Below are positions 1 through 8,795 of a stretch of 24,570 bases of DNA, piece by piece. Source of the DNA: a virus (lineage: Duplodnaviria > Caudoviricetes). Position numbers and translations under genes: made by a program. The notes under the pieces were generated by a model. That model was not told the DNA's origin. It searched no databases and saw nothing but the letters and a program-made list of their open reading frames with translations. The stretch is taken from positions 1-24,570 of the IMG/VR virus record IMGVR_UViG_3300020336_000268. The stretch is one strand, 5' to 3'. The stretch's first letter is position 1. Each line of letters begins with the position of its first letter.

Positions 1-587
1 TGTCCGTTGTCAAAAGGTATGTTCTTACGTGCAAAGTATTCATCGTTAAATCCACTTACACGATTGAAGTAGTGCATAAAGTCGTGATAGAATTCACTGT
101 TGGTATCATGCCACAGTTTGTAGTTTGTATCTATAACTGCTTTGTGATAATGAAACACTTCCATTTCTTCTGTGTCAATAGCATCTGCTATACAATCAAA
201 TGCACCTGCCGTCCACTCTTCAACACTCTGTGTAGGATTAGGATCAAGTGTAACCCATACCATACCTCCGTGTTTGACTTCACAATGTAGCTGTGTACCT
301 TGATAGTCTGTTATGGTTCCTGAGGGTGATGTTATATGAGGATTGTTGTTTAGGTATGCTACAACACCTTTGCTTTTGTTTATTGCTATTACGTTTACAC
401 CTGCTATCTGTGTGGTGCGATAGTCATCAATGTGATACATCTCACTAGTGTGACACATTGGAACCCAAACCTTTTTAAAGATCTGTTCTTGTTCTTGTGC
501 AAATATTTCTGGACAGTTGTAGGCTGTGCTACTAATTGATTCTACTACTGGCTTCTTTAACCAGTTGGCGTGATTACGTGGTGGCAT
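1..587 (-). CDS. Aromatic-ring-hydroxylating (Rieske-type) oxygenase alpha-subunit homologue lacking the Rieske ligands; truncated by the window edge
   Basis: Not in the ORF track; translated by hand: MPPRNHANWLKKPVVESISSTAYNCPEIFAQEQEQIFKKVWVPMCHTSEM...HKAVIDTNYKLWHDTNSEFYHDFMHYFNR... It has the Y..PEIF..E.E.IF...W....H.SE N-terminus and the N(W/Y)K...(D/N)..E.YH...H mononuclear-iron motif of RHO alpha subunits. RBS AAGGAG upstream; open to position 1. Confidence 0.8.
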   Translation of the reverse strand, partial: MPPRNHANWLKKPVVESISSTAYNCPEIFAQEQEQIFKKVWVPMCHTSEMYHIDDYRTTQIAGVNVIAINKSKGVVAYLNNNPHITSPSGTITDYQGTQLHCEVKHGGMVWVTLDPNPTQSVEEWTAGAFDCIADAIDTEEMEVFHYHKAVIDTNYKLWHDTNSEFYHDFMHYFNRVSGFNDEYFARKNIPFDNG

Positions 588-615
588 CTAGTTCTCCTTA
601 CGATGTATTTAAACT

Positions 616-644
616 AATATAACACGTAAAAAGAGCTTTGTCTA
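616..644 (-). promoter_or_regulatory. sigma70-type promoter TAGACA-N17-TATATT (extended -10 TG) for the oxygenase gene; late box TAAATA follows at 606-611
   Basis: Read directly on the minus strand with 17-nt spacing. Confidence 0.6.
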
Positions 645-669
645 ATAGACTGTAACTATGAAGTAATAG
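645..669. promoter_or_regulatory. Candidate LysR-type (OxyR-like) operator ATAG-N7-CTAT-N6-ATAG
   Basis: T-N11-A dyad directly abutting the -35 element of the oxygenase promoter. Confidence 0.4.
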
Positions 670-671
670 TC

Positions 672-700
672 AAAAGAAAAGGCCCCGAAAGGCCTTTCCT
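672..700 (-). terminator. Rho-independent terminator after the cold-shock gene
   Basis: Minus strand AAAGGCCT-TTCG-GGGCCTTT followed by TCTTTT. Confidence 0.85.
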
Positions 701-714
701 TAAATATTCAAAAC

Positions 715-918
715 TTATGAAGGTCGAATATCTGATGCTTGTGGACCTTTAGGTCCTTCCGCCATTTCGTAAGTAACTGCTTGATTCTCGTTAAGAGATT
801 TATAACCGTCACCTGAAATAGCTGAGAAATGAGCGAATACATCTTTTCCGCCGTCGTCTGGAGTAATAAAGCCAAAACCTTTGTCTGCATTAAACCATTT
901 TACTTTTCCTGTTGCCAT
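715..918 (-). CDS. cspA: Cold-shock domain protein (CspA family)
   Basis: [18 protein letters not shown] (RNP1), VFAHFS (RNP2), GPKGPQA; RBS AAGGA. Confidence 0.97.
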   Translation of the reverse strand: MATGKVKWFNADKGFGFITPDDGGKDVFAHFSAISGDGYKSLNENQAVTYEMAEGPKGPQASDIRPS

Positions 919-939
919 TTTTATTTCCTTAGTTATTAA

Positions 940-1257
940 TTATGCCGCCTGTCTTTCTACTTCTTTGTCTTTCACGACATAGGTAGCCGACTTCTTGCCT
1001 GTTTCTGGTCGGATAGGCTCCAACCATGAGTCCGCTATGTATGCTTTAGGTGAATCTCCAAACTGATTTTTCAATCCAGTTGCTTCAATCCACCAGTAAT
1101 GATCTGTCACAGGACACATGCATGAGACACCTCTGAAATCAAAGGTATCATTCTGCTTGTACTTTCCAATGTATTCTTTAACAAGAACAATCTTGCCGAT
1201 ATTTTCAGGTCTTACTGAATGTATCACTTTTGCTAAATCGCCTTGTTCGCACTTCAT
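940..1257 (-). CDS. Hypothetical phage protein (MxCxxGDLA...N.GKIV.V...D.WL.PI type, possibly SH3/KOW-like)
   Basis: 105-aa ORF packed between ybaN and cspA on the same strand. Confidence 0.7.
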   Translation of the reverse strand: MKCEQGDLAKVIHSVRPENIGKIVLVKEYIGKYKQNDTFDFRGVSCMCPVTDHYWWIEATGLKNQFGDSPKAYIADSWLEPIRPETGKKSATYVVKDKEVERQAA

Positions 1258-1258
1258 A

Positions 1259-1678
1259 TTACTTTAACCAAGCTACTCGCTTTCCTTCTTTAACACGTCG
1301 AGCGTGTTCCTCTTCTGAGCCAGGATATCGCCAAGCCCAGATTGCTACTAGCACCATTGCACCACCACTCCACATAATCGCTTTCAGATTCTCTGTAGCA
1401 AACCATGTAAAGATAATAGTTGATGCCATTACCAATACCATTAAGTACTTTCCCTTTGTAGGGAAAACACGTTTTTTGTTCCAATTTGTTAAAAACTTAC
1501 CAAACCACGGGTGATTGTATAACCATTTTTCCATTCTTGGCGAACTTTTAGCAAAGGCCCATGCAGCGATCACTAAAAAGATGCTGAATGGAATACCGGG
1601 CGTTACAATTCCAATGTAGGCTAAACCTACACATAGAAAACCTATACCCATGTATATATATTTTTTAATTTGATTCAT
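1259..1678 (-). CDS. ybaN: YbaN/DUF454 inner-membrane protein
   Basis: G..CVGLAYIGIVTPGIP...F...AAWAFAKSSPR...WL..HPWFG.FL.NW signature; several hydrophobic helices. Confidence 0.9.
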   Translation of the reverse strand: MNQIKKYIYMGIGFLCVGLAYIGIVTPGIPFSIFLVIAAWAFAKSSPRMEKWLYNHPWFGKFLTNWNKKRVFPTKGKYLMVLVMASTIIFTWFATENLKAIMWSGGAMVLVAIWAWRYPGSEEEHARRVKEGKRVAWLK

Positions 1679-1698
1679 TTATGTACCGCCTTTGTTAT

Positions 1699-1727
1699 AT
1701 TATATAGTATGCTGTGCTTTTTGTCAA
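1699..1727 (-). promoter_or_regulatory. Perfect sigma70 consensus promoter TTGACA-N17-TATAAT (early) for ybaN-hypothetical-cspA
   Basis: Exact consensus on the minus strand, 20 nt upstream of the ybaN start. Confidence 0.9.
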
Positions 1728-2762
1728 CTATGATCTGACTGGGCGGAAAATGCCAGATATTCTACCATTACTCGATCTCCAGCCACCTCTCCAACTATTT
1801 GTAATTGAGCCACCTGAAGGGTTGTTGTTTGTTGCACTTGCTTTATCACTTTGATTGCCGCCGACAAAAGTATATACACCTGGCGACGGAACAGTGTATA
1901 TAAAGTTAACGTGACTGTAGTTCCAAACCACAATGTCACCTGGTTGACCATCTGATAGTGGCACAGGAACGCCACCGTATACGCTTGTTTTATCTCTAAA
2001 GTCATATGCTCTAGCACTTTGCATATATTTGTAACCTGTTCTTTTTAATACCCAATTACAGAATCCTGCACACCAAGGTGTTTGATCTGTTTTCCAATAT
2101 GATGTATCTGGAAAGCCTAATTCTTTCCATATGCCTATAATATTTCCGTTACTAGGATCAACAGTTTCGTCCCATGCGTTGGTTGCTGCTTCGTCTAGTA
2201 GCTGAGTTAAGAATCCTGGAATTCCATTTGCTGCTGCTGTTGAATTGGCAGCACTTGCATCAACTAGTGGAGTCGTAGTTCCTAGGTCGTCAACACCAGC
2301 TGCTGGAGCACCTTCATACCTTTGTGGTACTTGGTTCTCTGCAATAGTGCCATTACTTTGTGTACCACCAGTTGCTCCTACATCGGGAGGATTTGATATT
2401 GCTTCTTGTATAACTGCATTAATTGCTGCCGCTGCCGCAGGTGAAATTATAATCGGAGGTACATATCCTTCGTTTGCCCAAACGTTTGGAGAACCACTTT
2501 CTGCTGCATTAGCCACCCAACTTCCGTGTCCGTCTGTTGCATCATTCTTGCGGTGTACTTTTATGTTGTTTGCAAATACTGTAGGTGAACCAGCCGCAGC
2601 AGGATCTCCACACGCAGTAGTATCGCCTACACGTACAGTTTGTTCGTTATTTGTAAACACAGTTGGCGAACCAGATGTGTATGCTTCTTGATGAAATGGA
2701 TTGGGAGTAGGACTTGCATGTCCTTTGTGCTTATCTACATTTGTTCTTACTACTTCTGGCAT
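1728..2762 (-). CDS. PAAR (gp5.4-like spike tip) domain fused to a C-terminal CHAP/NlpC-P60-like (TIGR02594-type) peptidase
   Basis: N-terminal repeats GSPTVF.N...VRVGDTTACG / GSPTVFANN..VHRKND..DGHG / GSPNVWAN; Ala/Thr/Pro linker; C-terminal TPWCAGFCNWVL...SAR...PGDIVV...HVNF...GGNQSD. Confidence 0.85.
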   Translation of the reverse strand: MPEVVRTNVDKHKGHASPTPNPFHQEAYTSGSPTVFTNNEQTVRVGDTTACGDPAAAGSPTVFANNIKVHRKNDATDGHGSWVANAAESGSPNVWANEGYVPPIIISPAAAAAINAVIQEAISNPPDVGATGGTQSNGTIAENQVPQRYEGAPAAGVDDLGTTTPLVDASAANSTAAANGIPGFLTQLLDEAATNAWDETVDPSNGNIIGIWKELGFPDTSYWKTDQTPWCAGFCNWVLKRTGYKYMQSARAYDFRDKTSVYGGVPVPLSDGQPGDIVVWNYSHVNFIYTVPSPGVYTFVGGNQSDKASATNNNPSGGSITNSWRGGWRSSNGRISGIFRPVRS

Positions 2763-2767
2763 ACTAG

Positions 2768-2773
2768 TACTTA
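2768..2773 (-). promoter_or_regulatory. Late-promoter-like box TAAGTA, 5 nt upstream of the PAAR ATG (leaderless)
   Basis: TAAGTA-CTAGT-ATG; no Shine-Dalgarno sequence. Confidence 0.65.
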
Positions 2774-2774
2774 T

Positions 2775-3068
2775 CTACTTTGATAGTGCAATACCTGTAG
2801 TAGTTTCAGTATATTGTTTACTGATGTTATCTTCTGTTTTAGCAACACAACTTACTGCATTTGCTTTAAGCATAAATTTGCCAGCTGGTGATACGCTAAA
2901 CATAAATGGTGCAAGACCTAATCCTTTTTGCTGTGCAATAAGAACCATTGGCTTGTGTAATACATAATGTGTATCAGTTTCTTCTTCTAAACGTCCTACG
3001 ATTTCTTCGCCTGACGCAAGTTTAAAGGAGACATTATCGCCTACTTTGTATGGTGTTTCAATTAACAT
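2775..3068 (-). CDS. Conserved phage hypothetical protein, probable Sm-like beta-barrel
   Basis: V.FKL.SGEEIVGRL...L.KP..L...GL.L.PF pattern common in large myoviruses. Confidence 0.7.
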   Translation of the reverse strand: MLIETPYKVGDNVSFKLASGEEIVGRLEEETDTHYVLHKPMVLIAQQKGLGLAPFMFSVSPAGKFMLKANAVSCVAKTEDNISKQYTETTTGIALSK

Positions 3069-3072
3069 ATTA

Positions 3073-3327
3073 TTATCCTAGTGAGTGTCCAGTACCGTTA
3101 TAACCTGTGTCTTCAACGTACTTGAGTAATTCGTTGTATCCACCGATCTTTTCTTCACGTACTGTAATTTGTGGGAATGTTCGTGCTGTTGGGAATTTTT
3201 CAAAAAGTTGTTCGCGAGTAAAGTCTACGTCTAATTGTTTATAGACAAATTCAAACTGATTCGTTTCACAAAATTTCTTAGCCCTGTCACAGAACGGACA
3301 AGCTGGTTTACCGTATATCTCTATCAT
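3073..3327 (-). CDS. grx: Glutaredoxin (T4 NrdC-like)
   Basis: CPFC active site, ARTFPQI, IGGY; downstream of nrdAB. Confidence 0.95.
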   Translation of the reverse strand: MIEIYGKPACPFCDRAKKFCETNQFEFVYKQLDVDFTREQLFEKFPTARTFPQITVREEKIGGYNELLKYVEDTGYNGTGHSLG

Positions 3328-3330
3328 GTG

Positions 3331-3498
3331 TTATCCTACGTAAATAGTTTCTTTCTTTTTATTAGTTACCTTAACCATGATAGCACCAGCGTTCTTCTTG
3401 GATATTGCCGCATTGATAGCAGTGGCTTCAGTACCGTATGTACCGTACGTTGTCCACGCTTCGAATGGGGAATGTCTTCTAAATTGAACTCTGAACAT
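3331..3498 (-). CDS. Small hypothetical protein, 55 aa (MFRVQFRRHSPFEAWTTYGTYGTEATAINAAISKKNAGAIMVKVTNKKKETIYVG)
   Basis: Below the ORF-track cutoff; fills the nrdB-grx gap; preceded by TAAGTA-ATAGT-ATG (box at 3504-3509). Confidence 0.75.
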   Translation of the reverse strand: MFRVQFRRHSPFEAWTTYGTYGTEATAINAAISKKNAGAIMVKVTNKKKETIYVG

Positions 3499-3510
3499 AC
3501 TATTACTTAT

Positions 3511-4614
3511 CTAAAGTTGGAAACCTTCGAACGTCTTTTCATCAACATCTTGTTTAACTCCGCCGATAATATAACTTTCGATTTCAGTTTCCTGTGGTGC
3601 AACTTGTAGCCCTGAGCTACTTAACCAATGTTGTGTCCACGGTAAAGGATTTGTTGTCAAAGGACGATCATATATTGGATCCATACCTAATGCTTTAAGC
3701 CTTTTGTTAGCAATAAACTCTACATATGCATGTAACAAGTTTGCATTAAGTCCTACAATAGAACCTTTTTCAAACAAGTAGTCTGCCCATTTCTTTTCTT
3801 CCTCAACACAGGTACGCCATAGTTCATAAGATTCTTCTTTGCATTCTTTTGCAATCTTAACAAAGTCTGGATCATCGTCACCTTTGGCCCAATGCTTAAG
3901 AATATGTGTTGATAAGTTCAAGTGCGTTGCTTCATCACGTGCAATTAATGAAATGATCTTTGCAGAGCCTTCCATCTTCTTTAGCTCGCCAAATGCAAAC
4001 GTACATGCAAATGAAACATAAAAACGCAAACCTTCTAAAATATTTACAGTCATCATAGCTTTATACAATTGCTTTTTAACTTCGTACATGCTACCTTTAC
4101 CTTTGTACATGTAATCTGTTACAATTTTATGAAACTTATCGTATTCTGCAGATACACTTTCTGCTCTTGCAATAATTTGCTCATCATCTAAAATAGTATC
4201 AAACACTTCTGCTGGATCAGCATATACATTTTTTACAATGTGTGTATAAGAACGACTATGGATAGTTTCTTGGAAGTCCCATGCTACAATACAACTTTCT
4301 AATTCTGGATTAGAACAGTAAGGTAAAAAGTTTAAACAAGGTCCGCGTCCTTGTACACTATCAAGTAGGGTTTGATATTTTAAGTTTGATGTAAAGATGT
4401 GCTTCTGTGCATCTGTAAATTCTGCATAGTCACCTCTATCTTTCTGTAAGGAAACTTCTTCAGGTCTCCAAAAATAACCTAACATGGTTTGATTAAGTTT
4501 GTCATACTCCGGATAACGAAATACGTCATAACGTTGGGTGTTTTGATCTTCTCCAAAGAACATATACTGCTTTGTGAAGTCTACTTTATTACGATTAAAA
4601 ACTGTCTTTGTCAC
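3511..4614 (-). CDS. nrdB: Ribonucleotide reductase class Ia beta subunit
   Basis: FWRPEE, QTLLDSVQGR, ETIHSRSYTH, LEGLRFYVSFAC, RDEATH, VAPQETEI.SY; GTG start with GAGG RBS. Confidence 0.98.
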   Translation of the reverse strand: MTKTVFNRNKVDFTKQYMFFGEDQNTQRYDVFRYPEYDKLNQTMLGYFWRPEEVSLQKDRGDYAEFTDAQKHIFTSNLKYQTLLDSVQGRGPCLNFLPYCSNPELESCIVAWDFQETIHSRSYTHIVKNVYADPAEVFDTILDDEQIIARAESVSAEYDKFHKIVTDYMYKGKGSMYEVKKQLYKAMMTVNILEGLRFYVSFACTFAFGELKKMEGSAKIISLIARDEATHLNLSTHILKHWAKGDDDPDFVKIAKECKEESYELWRTCVEEEKKWADYLFEKGSIVGLNANLLHAYVEFIANKRLKALGMDPIYDRPLTTNPLPWTQHWLSSSGLQVAPQETEIESYIIGGVKQDVDEKTFEGFQL

Positions 4615-4631
4615 TGTGTGTGGTTCCTCTT

Positions 4632-6956
4632 TTATATATTACACGCTTCGCATTCTTCACCTTCAAGTTCTTCTACTGGTTGTAGATCACCGTTCATGTG
4701 TGAATGTCCATTCATTTCAACTTCTGGTTCTTGTACTTCATCATCACCTTTAAAGTCATAAGTGTTTTGATAATAACTTGTCTTCCAACCTAACTTATAA
4801 GTTGTCAACATGTCTTTCATCATTACGCTCAACGGAACTTCATTGTTCTCGAATTGCGTAGGGTTGTATGACCAATTACCACTAATGGATTGATCAAAGA
4901 ATTTTTGCATAACTGCTACAACATTGATATACCCATCATTGCTTGGCATATCCCAAAGTAAAGTATAGAAATTCTTTAGTTGACTATACTGCGGAACAAC
5001 CTGTTTAAGAGGCCCTTTTTTACTTTTCTTAACGGACAAGTATCCTCTAGGTGGTTCAATTCCATTTGTTGCGTTCGACACAACGGAACTGCTCTCCGAA
5101 GGCATTTGTGCGGACAATGTGCTGTGCCTAAGGCCGTGTAGTTTGATGTCTTTGCGTAAAGAATCCCAATCATACTGTAATTTTGATTTTACAACTCCGT
5201 CTATATCTTTCTTATATGTGTCAATTGGCAATATGCCGTCTGCATATTTAGTACGATTGAAGTAATCACATGCACCACGTTCTTCAGCAAGTTCATTACT
5301 TGCAACTAACAAGTAGTATTGAAACGCTTCTGTAAGCTCGTGTACTAATGTCCATGCTTTAGGATCATCATACTTAACTTTATTCTTTGCAAGATAGTGT
5401 GCAAGTCCAATATAGCCTATGCCTAATGAACGCCTTGCTTTAGTACTAATCTCTGCTGCCTTAACAGGATAACCTTGATAGTCGATAATTTCTTCTAATG
5501 CTCTAACAGCAAGATCACATAAAGGTTCTAGTTCTTCTAGTTTGTTAATTAGCCCTACGTTAATAGCACTAAGAATACATAATGCAATTTCGCCTTCCTC
5601 ATCATCAATGTGTTGAATTGGTTTAGTTGGCAGTGTGATCTCTTGACACAAGTTACTCATGTACACAGGATCTTTGAAAGAACTGTGCGAGTTGCTGTGG
5701 TCAACATTCATAATATAGATACGTCCTGTTTCAGCACGTTCTTTTAACATGTTACCAAACAATTCTTTTGCACTTACTGTTTTCTTTCTAATAGATGTTT
5801 TACGTTCTGCTTTTTCATATACATCTTTAAACAAATCGTTGTCGCCTGAGTAGAAAGCATCATACACTTCTGGGACTTCGTGTGGAGAGAAAAGAGTAAT
5901 GTCTTGACCAGACAATAACCTTTCGTAAAATAATTTATTAATTTGAATAGAATAATCTAATCTACGTACACGGTTGTCTTCAGTACCTTTATTATTTTTT
6001 AATACAAGTATGTCATCAATTTCATAATGCCAAATAGGAAAATGAGTTGTTGCTGACCCGCCACGTACACCGTTCTGTGTACAGCTTCTTACTGTAGATT
6101 CATAAACTTTTAGAAATGGGATAACACCAGTGTGTGCTACTTCGCCGCCCCTGATCTTCGAGTTAATCGCTCTCGTACGACCCGAATTGATTCCGATACC
6201 AGCTCGCTGAGCGATATAATAACCAATAGCGGAGTTGCTACTAAAAATACTAGACAAAGTATCGTCAACATCAACCAATACACAACTAGCAAACTGGCGG
6301 ATTGGAGTACGAACGCCAGCCATGACTGGGGTTGGTATGTTGATTTTAAAAAGAGAGGTCGCGTCATAATATTTTTTTACATAACTTAATCTGGTTTCTT
6401 TAGGATAGTTTGCAAACAACGTTGCCGCAATCATCATATACATGAACTGCGGAGTTTCATAGATGTTGCCATTACTTCTGTCCTGACACAAATACTTATC
6501 CACAACTTGACGAAGACCTGCATACGTAAATTCTTCATTACGATCATGCTTTAACCAAGTATTCATTTTCTTTAATTCTGTATCGGTATATTTTTCTTTA
6601 ACGTTAGCGTCATACACACCACGCTCAATATTACGATCAATTATTGTAGTGAGAGAATCATGTTCATACTTCATGTATACCTTTTTATGCAGTCCATACA
6701 ACAATAATCTTGCTGCTGCATATTGATAATTAGGATTTTCTAACGATATAAGATCGTTTGCACTTTTAATTAATATTTCTTGGATTTCTTCTGATGTCAT
6801 GCCGTCATAAAACTGTAAATCAGCGTTCATCTCGATCTGTGAACTACTCACTCCAGCAAGACCAGCACAAGCTTCTTCAACAACAAAGTGCATTTTATCT
6901 AAATCTAAAATCTCTCTGCTACCGTTTCTTTTTGTGATGTATATATCTTTGCTCAT
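4632..6956 (-). CDS. nrdA: Ribonucleotide reductase class Ia alpha subunit with ATP cone
   Basis: ITKRNG ATP cone, PTPVMAG, QFASCVL, SNLCQEI, MPSESSS, KTSYY, C-terminal CEAC. Confidence 0.98.
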   Translation of the reverse strand: MSKDIYITKRNGSREILDLDKMHFVVEEACAGLAGVSSSQIEMNADLQFYDGMTSEEIQEILIKSANDLISLENPNYQYAAARLLLYGLHKKVYMKYEHDSLTTIIDRNIERGVYDANVKEKYTDTELKKMNTWLKHDRNEEFTYAGLRQVVDKYLCQDRSNGNIYETPQFMYMMIAATLFANYPKETRLSYVKKYYDATSLFKINIPTPVMAGVRTPIRQFASCVLVDVDDTLSSIFSSNSAIGYYIAQRAGIGINSGRTRAINSKIRGGEVAHTGVIPFLKVYESTVRSCTQNGVRGGSATTHFPIWHYEIDDILVLKNNKGTEDNRVRRLDYSIQINKLFYERLLSGQDITLFSPHEVPEVYDAFYSGDNDLFKDVYEKAERKTSIRKKTVSAKELFGNMLKERAETGRIYIMNVDHSNSHSSFKDPVYMSNLCQEITLPTKPIQHIDDEEGEIALCILSAINVGLINKLEELEPLCDLAVRALEEIIDYQGYPVKAAEISTKARRSLGIGYIGLAHYLAKNKVKYDDPKAWTLVHELTEAFQYYLLVASNELAEERGACDYFNRTKYADGILPIDTYKKDIDGVVKSKLQYDWDSLRKDIKLHGLRHSTLSAQMPSESSSVVSNATNGIEPPRGYLSVKKSKKGPLKQVVPQYSQLKNFYTLLWDMPSNDGYINVVAVMQKFFDQSISGNWSYNPTQFENNEVPLSVMMKDMLTTYKLGWKTSYYQNTYDFKGDDEVQEPEVEMNGHSHMNGDLQPVEELEGEECEACNI

Positions 6957-6987
6957 TTCTCTCTCATTTTAATTTTGTGTACAGAGG

Positions 6988-6993
6988 TATTTA
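6988..6993 (-). promoter_or_regulatory. Late-promoter-like TAAATA upstream of nrdA
   Basis: Motif recurs in almost every intergenic gap on the coding strand. Confidence 0.5.
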
Positions 6994-7127
6994 GTTTTAG
7001 TACCTGCGAATGCAGGATCTTAGTGGCTAAAATTTATACCAGTGGACTTATTATAATACTTGTTTAATTGTACAGTCAGAATGCTTGTTGGACAAGAAGA
7101 AAATATATTTTTCTTAGCCATTTCTAA

Positions 7128-8699
7128 CTAGACGCCGTATTGAATGTCGAATGACAGAGATCCTGTAGCACCTGTTGCAATAGGATTCTTATAAGACAAC
7201 ACTACGGTATCAGTGCCACTGTCAGTGTCATTGTCACGTAAAGCGGCTGAGAACTCAAAACCAGTCATTACAACACCGCCCGCCGAAGCAGTAGTAGTGT
7301 CGGAATATTCGTAATTATCTGATAAAGATAATTTTGAGATGTCATCACCGATTGTGATATGAACAGATCCTCTACGAACATGGTTAGCAAGTCTTAGTGT
7401 GTAGTTAATTTTCATAAATGCATTTAGTGCTGAGAAAACAGCAACAGGTCTAAAACTATCAGTTGTATAAATCTCTGAATAGTTTTTGTCTGTGAAACTA
7501 ACAAAGTCACTACCTTGCACTTCTGCAATGGCTGCTACAGTCTCTGTGTTCACGACTCCTGCGTCTTGTTGTCTATCACTTGTACATTCACGGACCACGT
7601 TGTTTCTACTTTCACCAAACTCAACAATAGTTGATGTTGGGTTTGCAGATGATCCTGTGTTGTTTCCACAACTTACAAAATCACATCTACTAATTTTTGT
7701 ACCGTATCCATAGTTTGCATAGAATGCTTGTTTGGCAATTTCAGTAAAGTTACAGTCATTGATGATCCAGTTGTTACCTTGCCCTGTTACTCCTGCAATG
7801 TAAATGGCTGTGTCATTAACGTTGAAGTCACTGTGGATGATTTCAACTTTAGTTGCTGTGTTTACTGTTTGGTTGCACTTTATACTGATGGAGTTATCTT
7901 TGAACTTACAATGTTTAATTTTAACTGCGTCTACTTTGAGACCTGCTAAGTCGTTGTTCCATATTACAGATGCACTCTCTGTAGCATAGTTTGAAACTGG
8001 TGCACCTAAGCTATATTCTCCATCGAATATAATTCCTTCTAGCTCTACATCTTTAGCACCTGTAAGAACAAGTGAGCCCGAAGAACGTTTAATAGTAAGA
8101 TTACTAATGTGTATGTTCGTTGGTCTGTCGCTGCTTGTAAATGATGCAAGTGTAGTTCCTTGTGAACTAATGAGCTGTATGTTTCTTGTATCTAAGTTTA
8201 GTATTGCACCCTCTGCTGTTTCACCTCTAATGATTGCATTGCTAGGAATCTCAAGTTCTCCTGTAAACAAATATTCACCATTAGGTACAGTTAGTACTTT
8301 TTTAAAGTCAGGATCTGCATTTCTAAATAATTGTGTAAAAGCACTTTCAAATGCTGTTACGTTATCAGTTGAACCGTCACCTACTGCTCCAAAGTCTGCA
8401 ACACTAACTTCCATCTCATCAATCTTACCTAATAGTGTACGTGATTGACTTTGTGTAATTGAAGGATTGTCTGATGCAAATTTATAGCTAGATGCTAGTT
8501 CTAAAATATTATCATGTTCGGTTAATACTTTTGTATTACCTACGTAAGGAGCACCTTCTGTAGTTGATCCATTACCAATATACAGTTCTTGTGTGTCTAC
8601 TGCCCATGCTAATTCTGCTGAACTTAATTGTGGTACACCACTAGAAGAGTTCTTTTTACCTCTTCTGATCTGAATCTTTGATATTTGAACTACAGCCAC
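7128..8699 (-). CDS. Virion fibre/spike-like structural protein with an Mtd-like N-terminal domain and a pectate-lyase-like beta-helix
   Basis: IQIRRG...L...ELAWAVDTQELYIGNG N-terminus; VSVADFGAVGDGSTDNVTAF...L.VPNGEY beta-helix cap; I..C.F repeats; GTG start with AGGAG RBS; ATAAATA at 8726-8732. Confidence 0.8.
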   Translation of the reverse strand: MAVVQISKIQIRRGKKNSSSGVPQLSSAELAWAVDTQELYIGNGSTTEGAPYVGNTKVLTEHDNILELASSYKFASDNPSITQSQSRTLLGKIDEMEVSVADFGAVGDGSTDNVTAFESAFTQLFRNADPDFKKVLTVPNGEYLFTGELEIPSNAIIRGETAEGAILNLDTRNIQLISSQGTTLASFTSSDRPTNIHISNLTIKRSSGSLVLTGAKDVELEGIIFDGEYSLGAPVSNYATESASVIWNNDLAGLKVDAVKIKHCKFKDNSISIKCNQTVNTATKVEIIHSDFNVNDTAIYIAGVTGQGNNWIINDCNFTEIAKQAFYANYGYGTKISRCDFVSCGNNTGSSANPTSTIVEFGESRNNVVRECTSDRQQDAGVVNTETVAAIAEVQGSDFVSFTDKNYSEIYTTDSFRPVAVFSALNAFMKINYTLRLANHVRRGSVHITIGDDISKLSLSDNYEYSDTTTASAGGVVMTGFEFSAALRDNDTDSGTDTVVLSYKNPIATGATGSLSFDIQYGV

Positions 8700-8795
8700 T
8701 TATTTGCTCCTGAAATTGTTATTAGTATTTATGTCAATCAGTTCGCAAGTAGGGATAGCTTGTGTAACCTTGCTACAATTGCTTGTATAGCACTA

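Noticed and set aside
72-290. 72-aa plus-strand ORF from the track
   Set aside because: Antisense shadow of the oxygenase gene on the minus strand; no RBS or motifs.
1728-2762. Bacterial type VI secretion locus
   Set aside because: No vgrG, hcp, tss or immunity gene; the context and promoter are phage-like.
3511-6956. Intron, intein or homing endonuclease in nrdA/nrdB
   Set aside because: Both frames are continuous and of normal class Ia length.
7000-7120. NrdR boxes or a regulatory RNA upstream of nrdA
   Set aside because: The palindromes (CCTGC/GCAGG; AAGAAAA/TTTTCTT) do not match the NrdR consensus and are short or low-complexity.
8735-8795. Small structured RNA between the exonuclease and fibre genes
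   Set aside because: Only a short 6-bp hairpin with a G-U pair; too weak to support a call.
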